64,000 bases of DNA from positions 372,001-436,000 of the forward strand of contig JALDZX010000016.1 of the NCBI GenBank assembly GCA_022813865.1. The letters are read 5' to 3'. The notes below the pieces were generated by a model. The model was not told where the DNA came from, made no database searches, and worked only from the letters and a program-made list of their open reading frames with translations. Below, piece by piece: positions 37,662 to 49,371 of the stretch. The translations under genes were made by a program, and so were the position numbers. This stretch comes from Xylographa opegraphella (taxonomy: Eukaryota). The first letter of the stretch is position 1, and every line of letters begins with the position of its first letter.

Positions 37662-39528
37662 CTATACTAATATGAACTCATGAAGTGCCTGTTCAAGAAT
37701 GAAGGACTTCAGTACGGAATTTACTCCACCAAGGACAGAAGGTTTACAGTTGTCGAAGATCGTATAGAGTCTCTTGAAATTTGGAGGTAGCCCGCAGCGT
37801 CGGTCCAGACGGTGGAAACGACTGGATATATAGCTCTCAACGCTTGCGTACCCAGGATCTCCATCGTATGCTGGGAAATATTCCTCGAAGGCCCGCACAG
37901 TGAGCTTTGCCCGGAACAGGAGTACATTGTGAAATAGAAGAATGATGCATTTGCTTTGTAAAAACGCATTGTTCACAACTTCATGGAAGTGCGTAAGAAC
38001 ATCATGGAGCGCGTTACCGCTGGGACAGGCCATGTCGTACGACATGAGATTGACATTAAAGATGATTGCTGTAAGATCCAAGGGTACCCATTTGAAACGT
38101 GATGGGGCATTCCAAACGTTATATACTTGTACCACCAGGTTGCCCATGTTGTACCAATGTTCTTCTATGCCTCGTTGCGAAGGTATGCGCAGGACGTCGG
38201 CGATAGTCGGCGAATAACCACGAGCAGTGATTCTATCAATATGATCTAGAAAACTGATACAGAAGCACGTTAGAGGTGGGAATTGAGAGACAAAATGGGG
38301 TTAACTTACTACAAAGCGGGTTTTATCGTCTTTCTATCTTTACAAGCTCTGAAACATTGCGCAAACGCACTATCTGTCTTAAGAATCTCAATGGCAGATG
38401 CAAGCTCCGACATTGGTTCAGTATCATTGCAGGACTGCGGTAGAAGCATCTCCATGCTCGTCTCGCTCTCCAACTCAAGACCTATTTCATTTGCATATCT
38501 TAGAACAATGTTCATAGCGTCAACCACGACCAAGAATATTTCTCTCCGGTACGCTTTGAGTTCTTCCGAAGAATAGCATCCGTGAGAAGCTCGAACATGT
38601 TCGAGCACGGTAAGTTTCCCACTATTCGTGCCTCCCATCAGCAAGACCTTTATCACATTCCGCATTTGTTTCTGATTCTCTCGAATTGAATCATCGATGT
38701 GTTCGGATCGAATCCTACTATATTCTTCCATTTGTTGGTGTCGCAGCGTTCCCACGGACTTAATCAGGTCAGCTTCGATGTTCCTGTCTCGGCGACGAGA
38801 CGGTTTGAACACAGCTCGAACAGCTCGCTGATAAACTGGCGATTTTAAGAGCTCCGCATCAAAAGGGAAAATCTTCGACCATTTCGAGGATGAACCCGTA
38901 GAATTGGTACATGCTGTGAAGCTGGATGCGGTATCGTGGAGAACGATCAACGAGGATGAATCATCCTTTATTTGATTGAAGACCTCACGAGCAGTTGGTT
39001 TCTCAAGAATCTTCTTCTGCTCCGAAGAAGTCTTGCTGTCACATTTTTAGCGGCAGTGGAAGAGTTAGCACTACGTACCACCGGAGCTTACCAATTACAA
39101 GCTGTCAGCAGCAGTGTTAGAGCACTCGTCTGTCGCTTGATAAACTTCTGAAAATCTTTACTGGCCTTGTTTTCGAAGACAAACTTGATTTTGGAGCTCA
39201 AGTCCAGAGCACCATCGGTAGTCCAGTCGAGCTTCGAGATCTGACCATCCATTGACTTGATCAAGATTCTACAGCAACTGATGGAGTCTTCCAGGTCCAA
39301 AATAAGCTGATGATGCTGCGGTGTCTCCGCAAGATCTGAAGAAATCCACTCTGAAATCTTGTTCAAAGCTGCCTTGAGGGAGCTGAGCTGAGCCATAAGG
39401 TTGATAATTATGAGATCTGCATCTTTCCACTTGTTGTGCAAATCTCGAAGCACTTTAATCGTTTTAGTAATGATACCTACAATATCAGCAACAGCAGCAG
39501 CCGTACCGACAATGGTCGCAGGATCCAT
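37662..39528 (-). CDS. HeLo-like (fungal N-terminal) domain fused to a divergent G-protein alpha-like domain; 584 aa, 3 exons
   Basis: Exons 39528-39092, 39035-38310 and 38253-37662 join in frame. N-terminus MDPATIVGTAAAVADIVGII..KWKDADLII..LSSLKAAL..QTSALTLLL; linker FDAELLKSPVYQRA; G-alpha-like SEHIDDSIRE..KVLLMGGTNSGKLT..YFLDHIDRI..YSPTIADVLR..TAIIF..SYD. Confidence 0.85.
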
Positions 39529-39952
39529 GGGAAGTGTCGGAATGTTCAGTCAATGATAGGCAATAGTGGCAAAGCCGCTTCTTATCAATTCCTGACACTG
39601 ATGAAGCGAGCCAATCATCTTTGCAGTTGGGAATCCCTGCTGTGGTGAAACGCTTCTGACATGAGGACGAGAGCCTTTCTCTCTTACATATATGCGCAAG
39701 AAATCGAGAGAAAAAGAGCATTTGATCTTTCTATGTGATTGTACATTATGAATTCAGTCGAAAGTAGCGTCTACTACCCGCGAACAATGGGAACACGAGC
39801 CGAAGGTTTCCTGCTGCTACTCCTAACGCGCGATGTATGAAACTCTGCCTCGAACTTCAAATACAAATAAAGGTTTCTAATCCTATCCCCATTCAGGACT
39901 TTCAAATCGAATCTGCAGCACTTCCTATAAGCCCGCCAGGAGATAGCGAGAT

Positions 39953-40543
39953 CTAAAAGTACGGGTGAGGATTCGTTGTCGTATTCAACGTAGCACCCTC
40001 GGCTACGTCCCAGTGCTCAAGCAGACATGTGCCCTGCATTCTCCAAATATCCGCAATGACACCCACGCCCTCGACAGGCGAGATTCCTTTGAAGTATGTC
40101 ACACCAAATGCTGCTCCACTAAGATTATAGCCTGTAAATTGACGCTGGATTTGGACGGAGCCTCCTTTCAACATAGGCGTCTGAGTGCCGATGGCGATTG
40201 CAGTGCCATCGCCGGGCACTTCAGGGGCATGGTTGATGAAGTTTGTAGCAGCATAGGTGTGATAGGCTTGGGCAACGTCTTGCTCGATGTAGAGGAGCTG
40301 GGCGTAGTTGATCAGAACCTCGAGCTGCTCTCTTTGGGTGGCGTGGGGAGAGGTAGTATTTTTGGGGCAGCCAAGACTGTAGTACTCAGAGCTGAATCCA
40401 GGAAATTCTGGTTGGGATGGTTGAGCTGGTGGTTGATAAGGGCCAGGTGTGGTGCGGTACCGATGAGAGTTGAACGGTCGGGCTCTGGACAAGAGCGGAA
40501 ACAAGGAGAGCAGGAAAGGTAGGGTGAGTTGAGCGAGATACAT
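39953..40543 (-). CDS. Secreted SnoaL/NTF2-like protein, intronless
   Basis: Signal-peptide-like MYLAQLTLPFLLSLFPLLSRA; FINHAPEVPGDG and ADIWRMQGTCLLEHWDV match the SnoaL-like pattern. Confidence 0.78.
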   Translation of the reverse strand: MYLAQLTLPFLLSLFPLLSRARPFNSHRYRTTPGPYQPPAQPSQPEFPGFSSEYYSLGCPKNTTSPHATQREQLEVLINYAQLLYIEQDVAQAYHTYAATNFINHAPEVPGDGTAIAIGTQTPMLKGGSVQIQRQFTGYNLSGAAFGVTYFKGISPVEGVGVIADIWRMQGTCLLEHWDVAEGATLNTTTNPHPYF

Positions 40544-41122
40544 GTTGAAAGATGATCTGTTGGAGAGATGAAAGATGGGTGACGTTGGGTACAGATAGAT
40601 GATTGAGATAGGGATAAGGTTGCCAAGCCTTGATGCAGGTTCGAACGGGAAATTACGAAACTGCTTATATATGTCCAAGTGGTGACTCCATCAGATCGGC
40701 TCATATCGTTTACGGCGACTGAAGTGTAACGCAAAAGGAGCCGTTCGAACTACACTCGGACAGCGGTGATCTCAACAAACCTGGCAGGGCCGTATTAGAA
40801 TCGTCAGGTTCCAATTAACTCTGTGGTAGCTCTGCTTTGGGAAGTCCTGTTCCAAAGCGGAAACTACGGCTTTCGAGTTCCCACATTCGGCAACTGGAGG
40901 GTCGAAACCATAGCATTCCCAGCAGGCGATTGGACTATATACATTAGCATACAGAGGACCAAAGCAGGAAGCGGACTGCTTTGGGCCTGTCATGATGTGA
41001 ACAGACAAAATCCGGCTCGCAGGATCTTGAAATCGGGACACTTGGAGCCGGCGCAGTTTGAAGCTTTACGATGTAGATCTGCGAATGCAATACTCGGCGA
41101 CGTCGAAAGTAGGTGGGTACAT

Positions 41123-41186
41123 CTTAGACCAGTCTAGACTAGACTAGATTGAGAACGCTTGTCGACCTGGCCTAGACTAGTCTAAG
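41123..41186. repeat. 15-bp inverted repeat with internal CTAGA repeats
   Basis: cttagaccagtctag (41123-41137) matches the reverse complement of ctagactagtctaag (41172-41186) at 14 of 15 bases. Confidence 0.6.
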
Positions 41187-41526
41187 CGAGGATATGCGCC
41201 ACTTCAGTCGCCGGCGCTAGCTGGATGAATGTGGCTGTTGAGCTTTCGTGGATGATGAACGCTGAATCATGCATATCGTAGAAAACACGACTGGACAATT
41301 CAACCGCATCATGGGATAAACTCATAGTACGTCAACATCGGTCTCATGTTGAACCCTAACTTTGGAGGCCTAGATCGTGTCTGGAATCAAGTTCATGTGC
41401 CTAGACACAACACCGGTTATGCCCGATGGTGTATCTTGTTGACGTGTTGAAGATAAAATGCTCAGATGCTATGATTGTGGCCGCCCTGAGGCCAAAGTAT
41501 AGTCCGAACGACATTGAACCATTAAG

Positions 41527-43002
41527 TTAGCCCCTTTCTCCGCTCTCTGTCTCACGGATATACCGCTCCCAGGTCTCAACCACTCCTTCGTAGAATTCCA
41601 CATGCTTACCGGCCAAACCACCGAGTGTGTCTCTGAATTCTAGCGCCTTGATTCTCTCGAAGTCTGCCACTTCTTTAACCACCTCCTCGTCGAACATCTC
41701 CGTCGTCTTTCTCGCCTCTTCCACCTCGTTAGTCAGCCGCTGGATCTGTAATTCCAGCTTCCGCACCCGCTCTCGCCTTGATTGCTCATGATCTACGCCG
41801 CGTACATCCTCGATTTTGGAGCGAATAAAGCCTGTAGGTGAAGAGAGAGATGAGGAAGAATGCGAGGAAGCGAGAGTGTCGCGGTCAGAGACCGCTTTGG
41901 TGAGATACTCCGTGAGCCCTTCGAAATCGAGTTGTTTCTGTTCGCGTGTCTTGAGAAGAGATTTGATGGCGGTAATATATGCTTCCATGTCTCGCAGACT
42001 GCCAAGGTAATTCTGATCTGTGTGCTCTTTCAACCCACCCAAGCCCTTAGCAGTCGCTTCAACTCCTTGCGCAAATGCGTGTACAGGCACTTCTACACCC
42101 GATTCTAGTATCGCAAGTTTCATAAACTGCGTCGAGAGATCGTTATAGTCTGCCTCGAGATCGTTCTCGCGCCTGGCTACCCTGGCAACAATTTTCTCGA
42201 CGTGGCCAAGATCCTCGTCCAGTTTGTCTGCCTTCTCACGCACTTCGATGAAGCGTTTGTCAGGCTTATGAACCTTGCTGAAGGCATTAACGAAAGTGTC
42301 GGTAAAGTTATCAAAGACGCTTCCGCCGCCTTCACTGACACTGCTCCCTCTGCTGGGACGAAGGCGCATATGCGCATTCCATTCGGGACTTTCAAGGAAG
42401 ATGGAGAGAAGAACAGCGCGGCGGAGGGTAGGATGAAGTGTTAATCGTTTCAGAAATCGGTGTAAGGAGTGAGCACGACGCTGAGTAAAGTCTGGACCGA
42501 AGCGGTCACCACGGACATATTCCATCTTGTGCTTGTCCGGGAGAGGCGGTACCGCGGAGGCAGGATACTCCTTTGACAGCGTTTTGTAGAGGAATACAAA
42601 GTCTGTAAAGCGCCGGCGGACGGAAAAGGAGGATTTTTGAAAGGATTTGAAGTCCGTCTGAATAGCAGATTGTCAGCACATTGAAAAAATCGATAGAGTA
42701 GGGATAAGATCTTGTTATACTTCTGTAGACACCAGGTATGAGACATAGGCATCCTTGGTTCCATCGTTCTCCTTCAGCGGTGTATCTACATGACATTCCA
42801 GTCTTCCGTCCCCGATTCCTCCAAGGTCTACTGCATCCGCATTCGCCCCCGCTTGCTGAACATTAGTGCTTAATCTTCGTTTCACATTGAGCCCGGCATT
42901 ATTCCGATTGTTCTGGTTATCAGGGCGCGCCGCGGAGGTAGGTCTGGCAATGTTTCCTTCCGACTCATTCTGCCACGATACGCTGTCGAAATCGTTATCC
43001 AT
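41527..43002 (-). CDS. SNX4: Sorting nexin 4 (Atg24), PX-BAR, 2 exons
   Basis: KENDGTKDAYVSYLV, VRRRFTDF, VPPLPDKHKMEYVRGDRFGPDF, REQKQLDFEGL. Confidence 0.94.
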
Positions 43003-43520
43003 TGCCTAGAAGCCGGTTCCAAGTTGGGTCGTGATAGAATGGTCTGTTAGCCAAAGTATTCAAGCTTCATATCAAATACGGCCCTAAGTACTGTGAGTTT
43101 GAGCATCAATGAGAGCGCTGTTTTTCACAAGCAGTTGGCGTCGAGCGGTCTACTGGAAGCTTTTGCCCGGCCTTAGTTCCGATGTCATACGTAGTCTTGG
43201 CAGCGGAAGCGGACACAACAAATCTACCCCGTACTCACTCGCTCCTCACCCGAGGCGGTGACGGTGGTACATGGGTAAGCAAGGCCAAAAATGGCTCTCA
43301 GCCTTCTCATTCTCTCGGCGTGCTCTGGCATCTACGATTGTTACTAAAGGCATCCGGCATGGAGTGTTAACACGGGCCGGCGCCATTATTTTTAGCTTCT
43401 AATACTGATGATCAGCAGCAAGATATGACCGAAAAACGCGTTGATATAGTCCGGAGTTTTATTGAGGTTCAAACCATAGGTCCTGACATGGTAGCTCGCG
43501 AGTGATGGATTGAGGCAGAT

Positions 43521-44300
43521 ATGCTAAGAGTGCTTCAGCACGTAGGCCATGCAAGGTTGAGTGACGAGTACGAGCACTGGAAGAATATGTTTAAGCCTTT
43601 GCTCTGGCTGTATGGTATTCCAGGCTGCGGGAAGTCGATTTTGTGGCACGTTTTTACTTCTAATATCGAGGTTCACGATTGTAATACCGTCAAGCTCAAC
43701 CATTATTGAAGATGTAATGATCTACTTCCCGTGCTTAATATCCCGTTGATGCTGATACTGATCTGACTTGGTCTGTTGCATTTTTCTACTGCTCTTTCAA
43801 CAATTCAGAAAAGCAAAAGACGCATATTTTGGTCTCCCCACTACAGGCTCAGCTTTCCCAGAGGCGGTCATGAACCCCGGATTGCTTACTGGAAATATAA
43901 CAACAATATAAAAATGGGCAACCCCAGTAAAGCTGCTTCTGACAGCCCTTCGAGATGTTTTGGTCACTTCGGGCAAGCATTTCTCATCATTGACGCATTG
44001 GACGACGAACGTCCATTGGAGACGCGCGACCGAAAAGAGCTGCTGTCCATGCTTATGAGGTTTCCAGCTGGTCGCTACATAATGTTCATCTCCTGGTAAC
44101 AAGCCGAAAGTAACAGGGCATAGGCAATGTAATTTTGTCGTCGGCCTTTAACGATTAGTACTGAAGTTACAGAATTAGCCAAAGCAATTATTATTGACCC
44201 ATGAACTGATACTGCCTATGATCCAGAGGACTTTTTACCGGACCCTCATGATGAGGTACTCAAAGATATTGTCCACCCTAGCAACGATATTTACACGTTT
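43521..44300 (+). pseudogene. Decayed NACHT (fungal NLR-type STAND NTPase) gene fragment
   Basis: Walker A LWLYGIPGCGKSIL, STIIED, AFFYCSFNNSEKQ, Walker B FLIIDALDD and HLLVTSR occur in order but in different frames, separated by stops. Confidence 0.8.
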
Positions 44301-44626
44301 GGGAGTTAAAGTCGAAGAAATACCTGGAGGGCGAGTGGGTAGAACAAGCCAATTCTTATGCTCTGCAAAAAAGCAGCACGACGCACTAAATGCTCCTCGG
44401 TATAGGAAATTATGGGAGAAGTGAAATATATTGTAGTCGAGGTCGATCTTTCAGTATTACCGTTTGGAGCTTATTCCTGTATGCCTTACAGCCTGGTCAG
44501 ATATCAATTACCGACAAACTACCTACAAGAGGAACGCACTTGTGACAATAAGGTAGTCGCCCAGCTAAATCCCCTGCATGTGAAACCCTCGCCTTCTAGC
44601 CGCGCGACTCTCCTCACCCGCGTCGC

Positions 44627-45499
44627 TCACCTGAGCCCCGAACAAGAGTGAGGTCGAGGTATGTTTGTGTCCGCAACCCCGAACCGATTCCAGCCTCTGA
44701 ACCTTAACTTGTTGTAGTAATTAGAGAGGGCTTTGTATCTATTCCGAAATTCAGCAATAATGCCGGAATAGTCCCGAGGCAGGTAGGGTGTGAACCACTC
44801 CGCCTTCCACGCCTGGTATCCAAGCCACGTAGGCGGCGCTTTCATGCTTTTCCGGTCCGCTCGGAGGCCCATATCTCGCATCATCAAATCCACATAGTCT
44901 TGAATCTCCATGGCTGCGTCCGGTATGTCTTTGCGACCCAGATACCGCTTTTTCATAAAGGTGGTCATCGCTGCGACATCGACGTTCATTTTCCCTGCGT
45001 CGTCGAGCAAGACTCCGACCGGTGCTTGAGCAAGCTTGCCTGTCAAATACGCAATTGCCCATAGGGCAGAGATTTCTGCGTGCATAGAGACCTGGTTGTT
45101 TGAGACCAGGCCAATGAATATGAGCGAATAACCATGGGCTGCAGCGAGTTTTGGAGACACCATAGTGCGAAACAACCGATATGAAGTCGTTTTCCTGGGT
45201 GGAGGCTGTCGAGGAGGATCTCGAAGTGCAGGATACAGATCCAGTACCGTTTTTTCAGCTGCCATTTGGAGTTAACCCAGCTCCTGCGACATGCGCATAT
45301 CCGAGAACTCAAAAGGACTGTCTGCTATAAGGCCCGGATAGATATGTGATGAACCCCATACCCCACCGACACTGCTGTCGGTGTCGAGCACGGTCAACGA
45401 AACGGAAGGATCGAATTGAAGGTAGATTTTGGCAGCCGGGAGACCGTACCAGCCAGCACCTATTACAATCACAGACAGCGGCGGTGATAAACCTTCCAA
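44627..45499 (-). pseudogene. Flavin-containing monooxygenase remnant lacking its central part
   Basis: VIVIGAGWYGL..GGVW..YPGL..FEFSD, then in-frame TAA (45274-45272), then directly the C-terminal region LYPALRDPP..YRLFRTMV..AEISALWAIAYL. No second GxGxxG and no ATG start seen. Confidence 0.78.
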
Positions 45500-46089
45500 A
45501 TTTGAGTGTGATATGACTGGATGAGGACGACGAGGACGAGGGGGAGGAGGATAAGCAGGAGGAGGAGGAAGAGGAATCGGTTGAAGTCTCGAAGCTTACA
45601 GAAACACAGAGATCCAAAAGAGCGAGCGAAGTCGGCTTGAGCGCGGAGTATTAACTATTAGGTGGAACAACAAATCTGGTGCTGGGGAGCAGTGCTTCGC
45701 ATGAACGCTTTCTGAGAACACAAAGCAGAGATCAACATGTAAAAGGGTAAAAAGTGCGCGAGTTCATAGGTACTTGTGTACTTACTAACAGTGACGCAGG
45801 TCCGATCGAAGTTACACAAAGATCGTGTGCCTTTCATTTCCACATGATCAGATGATGGCATCCTTCGATCTTTATACATGATGTGGATATAGCCGCAGCG
45901 AGTGATCCAAGCTAAGACTAACTTCGACATACACACATACTCTGCCCATGACATCTGCATACTAACGCAATGTACACTGTTGTCAAGGCGGGACGTTCTT
46001 TGCCTACCTAGTTTCAACAGCTGTCACTTGGCAGCAATGCGCGTGGATCGTGTTGCACGGTGCACTGGCCCTCGTGTACTAAGGTACCT

Positions 46090-46244
46090 TACTGTTATAT
46101 GCCGCTAGTCGTACCTTAGGGCAGGGAATCCACAGCGATAATCGGGTAAACGTTATCTATTACCCGACGGTACCGCGCGTAATCCCTGCTACGTGCCGCG
46201 GCGTATCACACTAGCAGCCTTAATCTTGGTATTATACCACAGTA
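46090..46244. repeat. Imperfect nested fold-back, MITE-like
   Basis: Paired arms: tactgt/acagta (46090/46239), gccgctagt/actagcagc (46101/46210), gcaggga/tccctgc (46121/46183), tcgggtaa/ttacccga (46142/46160). Confidence 0.45.
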
Positions 46245-46735
46245 CTTAAGTTTTAGCTCAGGGTCAACCATCGGATTTTACGTATTTGACCCCCAACATG
46301 CTGCGGAGCTCTTGAGCAGCGTCAATGTGTCATATAGTAAAATAAAATAATGCGAGATTGCGGACAGTGTACATAGGTGAAGTCTGTAAGCAGCTGTCGT
46401 CCATTGGTACGTGCCAGAAATATCAATCAGGCCGGCTGGGCTAAAACTGTATATCAATGACAAATACCTAGCTGCCATGTTTACTGCTGTCTCTCGCTCC
46501 CTAATTTGTGCCCTTATCTTTGGGTGGTTCGGGCAAGCCTTGATAATGCCTTTCTTCGTGATGTCAGGACGCTTCGCAGATTTTCCTCGACTGTGATTAG
46601 TGAGAGGTACCCAGTATAATTTCTCTCTCCCCTTATGTACCATCACGCGCCAACCCCCTGTCGCTTATTTTGACCTTCAACTACTTTTGTGAGCGTACCG
46701 CTTCCAAGCTCAGTACATATTTCAGTAATCTCCCA

Positions 46736-48884
46736 CTATTCAGCCATAACTTGCAGCTCGTTGTCTTGTATCAGATCCATCCAGTAGTCCCAATCCATCG
46801 GATCCGCATAGGCGGGCGAAATATCGTACTGAAAGTTCATCTCGAATGCTTCCCCCTCCATGATATTCGCACCTGCAATCTCTGCTGGAAATTGCTGGCC
46901 CACAGAGTCGCTGAGTTTGGGCTCTTCAGGTGTCTGAGGCCCTATTTCAGAACCAAACACGGTACTTGCCGTGCTCGAACTGCCCCCGCCCCTTCGCCTA
47001 GATCTCAGTGTCTCAACAAATGCCGGTACCTTCGGCCTTCTACCCAAGACACGCACTAGCTCAGCCTCTCTTCGCTGCCACGCTTTCAGCGTCAAGTTTC
47101 TGATCGCAGCATAAAACGCGTTGCTCCGATCGTCAAGGAACTCCGGGTAGAATTTGTACGCGAGTTCTACCTCGTGCCAGGCCCTCTCCACAAGCTCGCC
47201 CGATGTCCGAATCCGCAGCTCGCCAAGCAGATACACGAACACGTCGAATTGGAATTGGACAAACATGTGCCAAAGAAAACGCATCAACTTCTCGGTCAGC
47301 CGACTCGAGCTGCCCAGCTCGATCATGTTCAAGCTGACTCTGAAAAGCATATCCTTCTCTTCCTGCGGCATGCTGGCGCCTTTATCAGGGTATTGGCGTG
47401 GATGGTGCACCGTCAACCGAAGTGCAGAGATCGCAGAGCGCGCGACCCCGTCCACAAGGATATGTAGCGGGATGGAGGGATCGCAAAAGCGCAGGAATCT
47501 ATCTTTAATATCGGTTTCTAGCTCGTTAATGATGCGTTCTTTATCGGCTACGCTTTTCGTGCTGCCGTCTGGGCTACCATTAACAGCGGCTCTATACCCT
47601 ATGTCTTTAAAGCATTTCGCGAATGTAGCTCGGACCAGGCAGAAGATCATCTCTGTTGCTCCGATGTGCTCTGCGGGCATTGTTTCCATCCCCGGATAAA
47701 GGTCGCTGTCGTTGAGGTTTGAGGGAATTTTTGAATTCCAAAACCCGGACCACGTGCCGACGTTCAAACCACAGCGGTTCGTGCTTTGCCCATCGAGTTG
47801 CAGAATCTGCCACCATAGGCGACGGCGCATTTCGCTTTCGAAGATCGCTAGTCCAAGCGCTGCACCATCCCGATGGACACCTATTGTCTGTGCAATACGG
47901 ACGGCTACACCTGTAAGGATGAAAAGGGTGTTCCGGTGGTACTTCCGGCGCATCGCTAACTTTCCAGACCCTTTAGCACCATGTAGAGTTGCGGGTACGA
48001 ACGAGCCTTACAAGAAGGAGCACGAATGCTTGTAGAATACTGATATCGGCAGACTGGAGAAAGTCCGCCCTGACCATCGCTTTTTCCGTAGCACTCGCGT
48101 AACGAGCAAGGAGGACTGCCTTCCGCTCGCCCATCGTGGTCTGGCACTCGGCGTCCCTTAAAGATGTGATCGCTGCCGTGTAAATCGCGAAGAGCAATGG
48201 TTCTATATTCTTGGGTATGGATGTGGAATCCGCACTCGCCTCCAAGACTTGGTGCTGCATTGTGGGACCGTGCAACAGCTTGGTCAACGGGTGGACGTTG
48301 TCCAGATAGCTTTGCCATAGTCTGAAAATCTGCAGTGGAGACGGATGTGGTGTTTTCGAAAGCATATCAGATGAAACTTGCTGGAGCAGGAGAGTACTGC
48401 CATCAAAGCGACCGCTGGTAGCAACCTCTGGACTTGCGCTTCTCCTTGTAAAGCTCGACGACCCTAGAATATCTTGCGGGTCCTGGAATTCATCGCCAAG
48501 TTCCGTCCACAGGTCGCTATCCACATATCGTGACTTACCATCCTCCACGATGAACTTCCCTCGTAAAGTATCCAACGACGTACCGGGACGTTCACCGTCC
48601 ACTTCTAGCGCTTGCTCGGATCTAGCTCTGTTCGTAATCAATTCAGATGCGACACTCTCGCCTGGAACTCCCAGCTTGTGACTTCGTATCCTCGTAGACA
48701 GGTTCTCGTTGAACCGCCCCTTCTTCGCGCGGTTCGGCGGAGCCGGATTGTTCGCCCTGCATTCCGCGCCAGCCTTGACGCAGTTCGAACATGGCTGTTG
48801 GCGATCACAGCGGACCCGCCGTTGGCGGCATAAGATGCACGAGTGGACCTTTGGGGTCTTGGAGATGAGAGGTGTGGATGACAT
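46736..48884 (-). CDS. Zn(II)2Cys6 transcription factor with fungal-specific middle domain (2 exons)
   Basis: CILCRQRRVRCDRQQPCSNCVKAGAEC; AVRIAQTIGVHRDG..EMRRRLWWQI; intron 48011-47960. Confidence 0.93.
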
Positions 48885-49371
48885 GGGGGGGATTATGAAA
48901 CAGAAGCTTGAACAGTTGTATAATCCTCCACAGCATTAGATGATGAGATTGGAAGGAGGATATTCCTCAGACATAGACACGAGAGCCGATTAGGGAAAGT
49001 TGTGGTTTGTAATGGCTAAAAAAGAGAATGAGTCAGAGATAACGTCTGACATCCTGATGTCCAGGATAGCTCGATTGCGGTTACATCGGCGAGAATGGGG
49101 AATCCCTGTTGCAGCAGTGTTCTGTCCAGTCTTCGCATTACGGAATCAGACGTCTCTAATACTGGGATATAGTGGAATTGACGGAGGCGAGATTGTCACA
49201 CAAACATGATAGAGTCGAATAGTTAATTTGTTTAGCATACAATACTGTGGCGAACATCTATAGTCTAGGTACGCCAAGCTATTCCAAATGTTAACTTTCA
49301 TTCCGTACAGTATCATTCCTGTCTCCTCTCTTCCCACTATCTCACTGCAAACATTGTGACCATAAGAGCTC

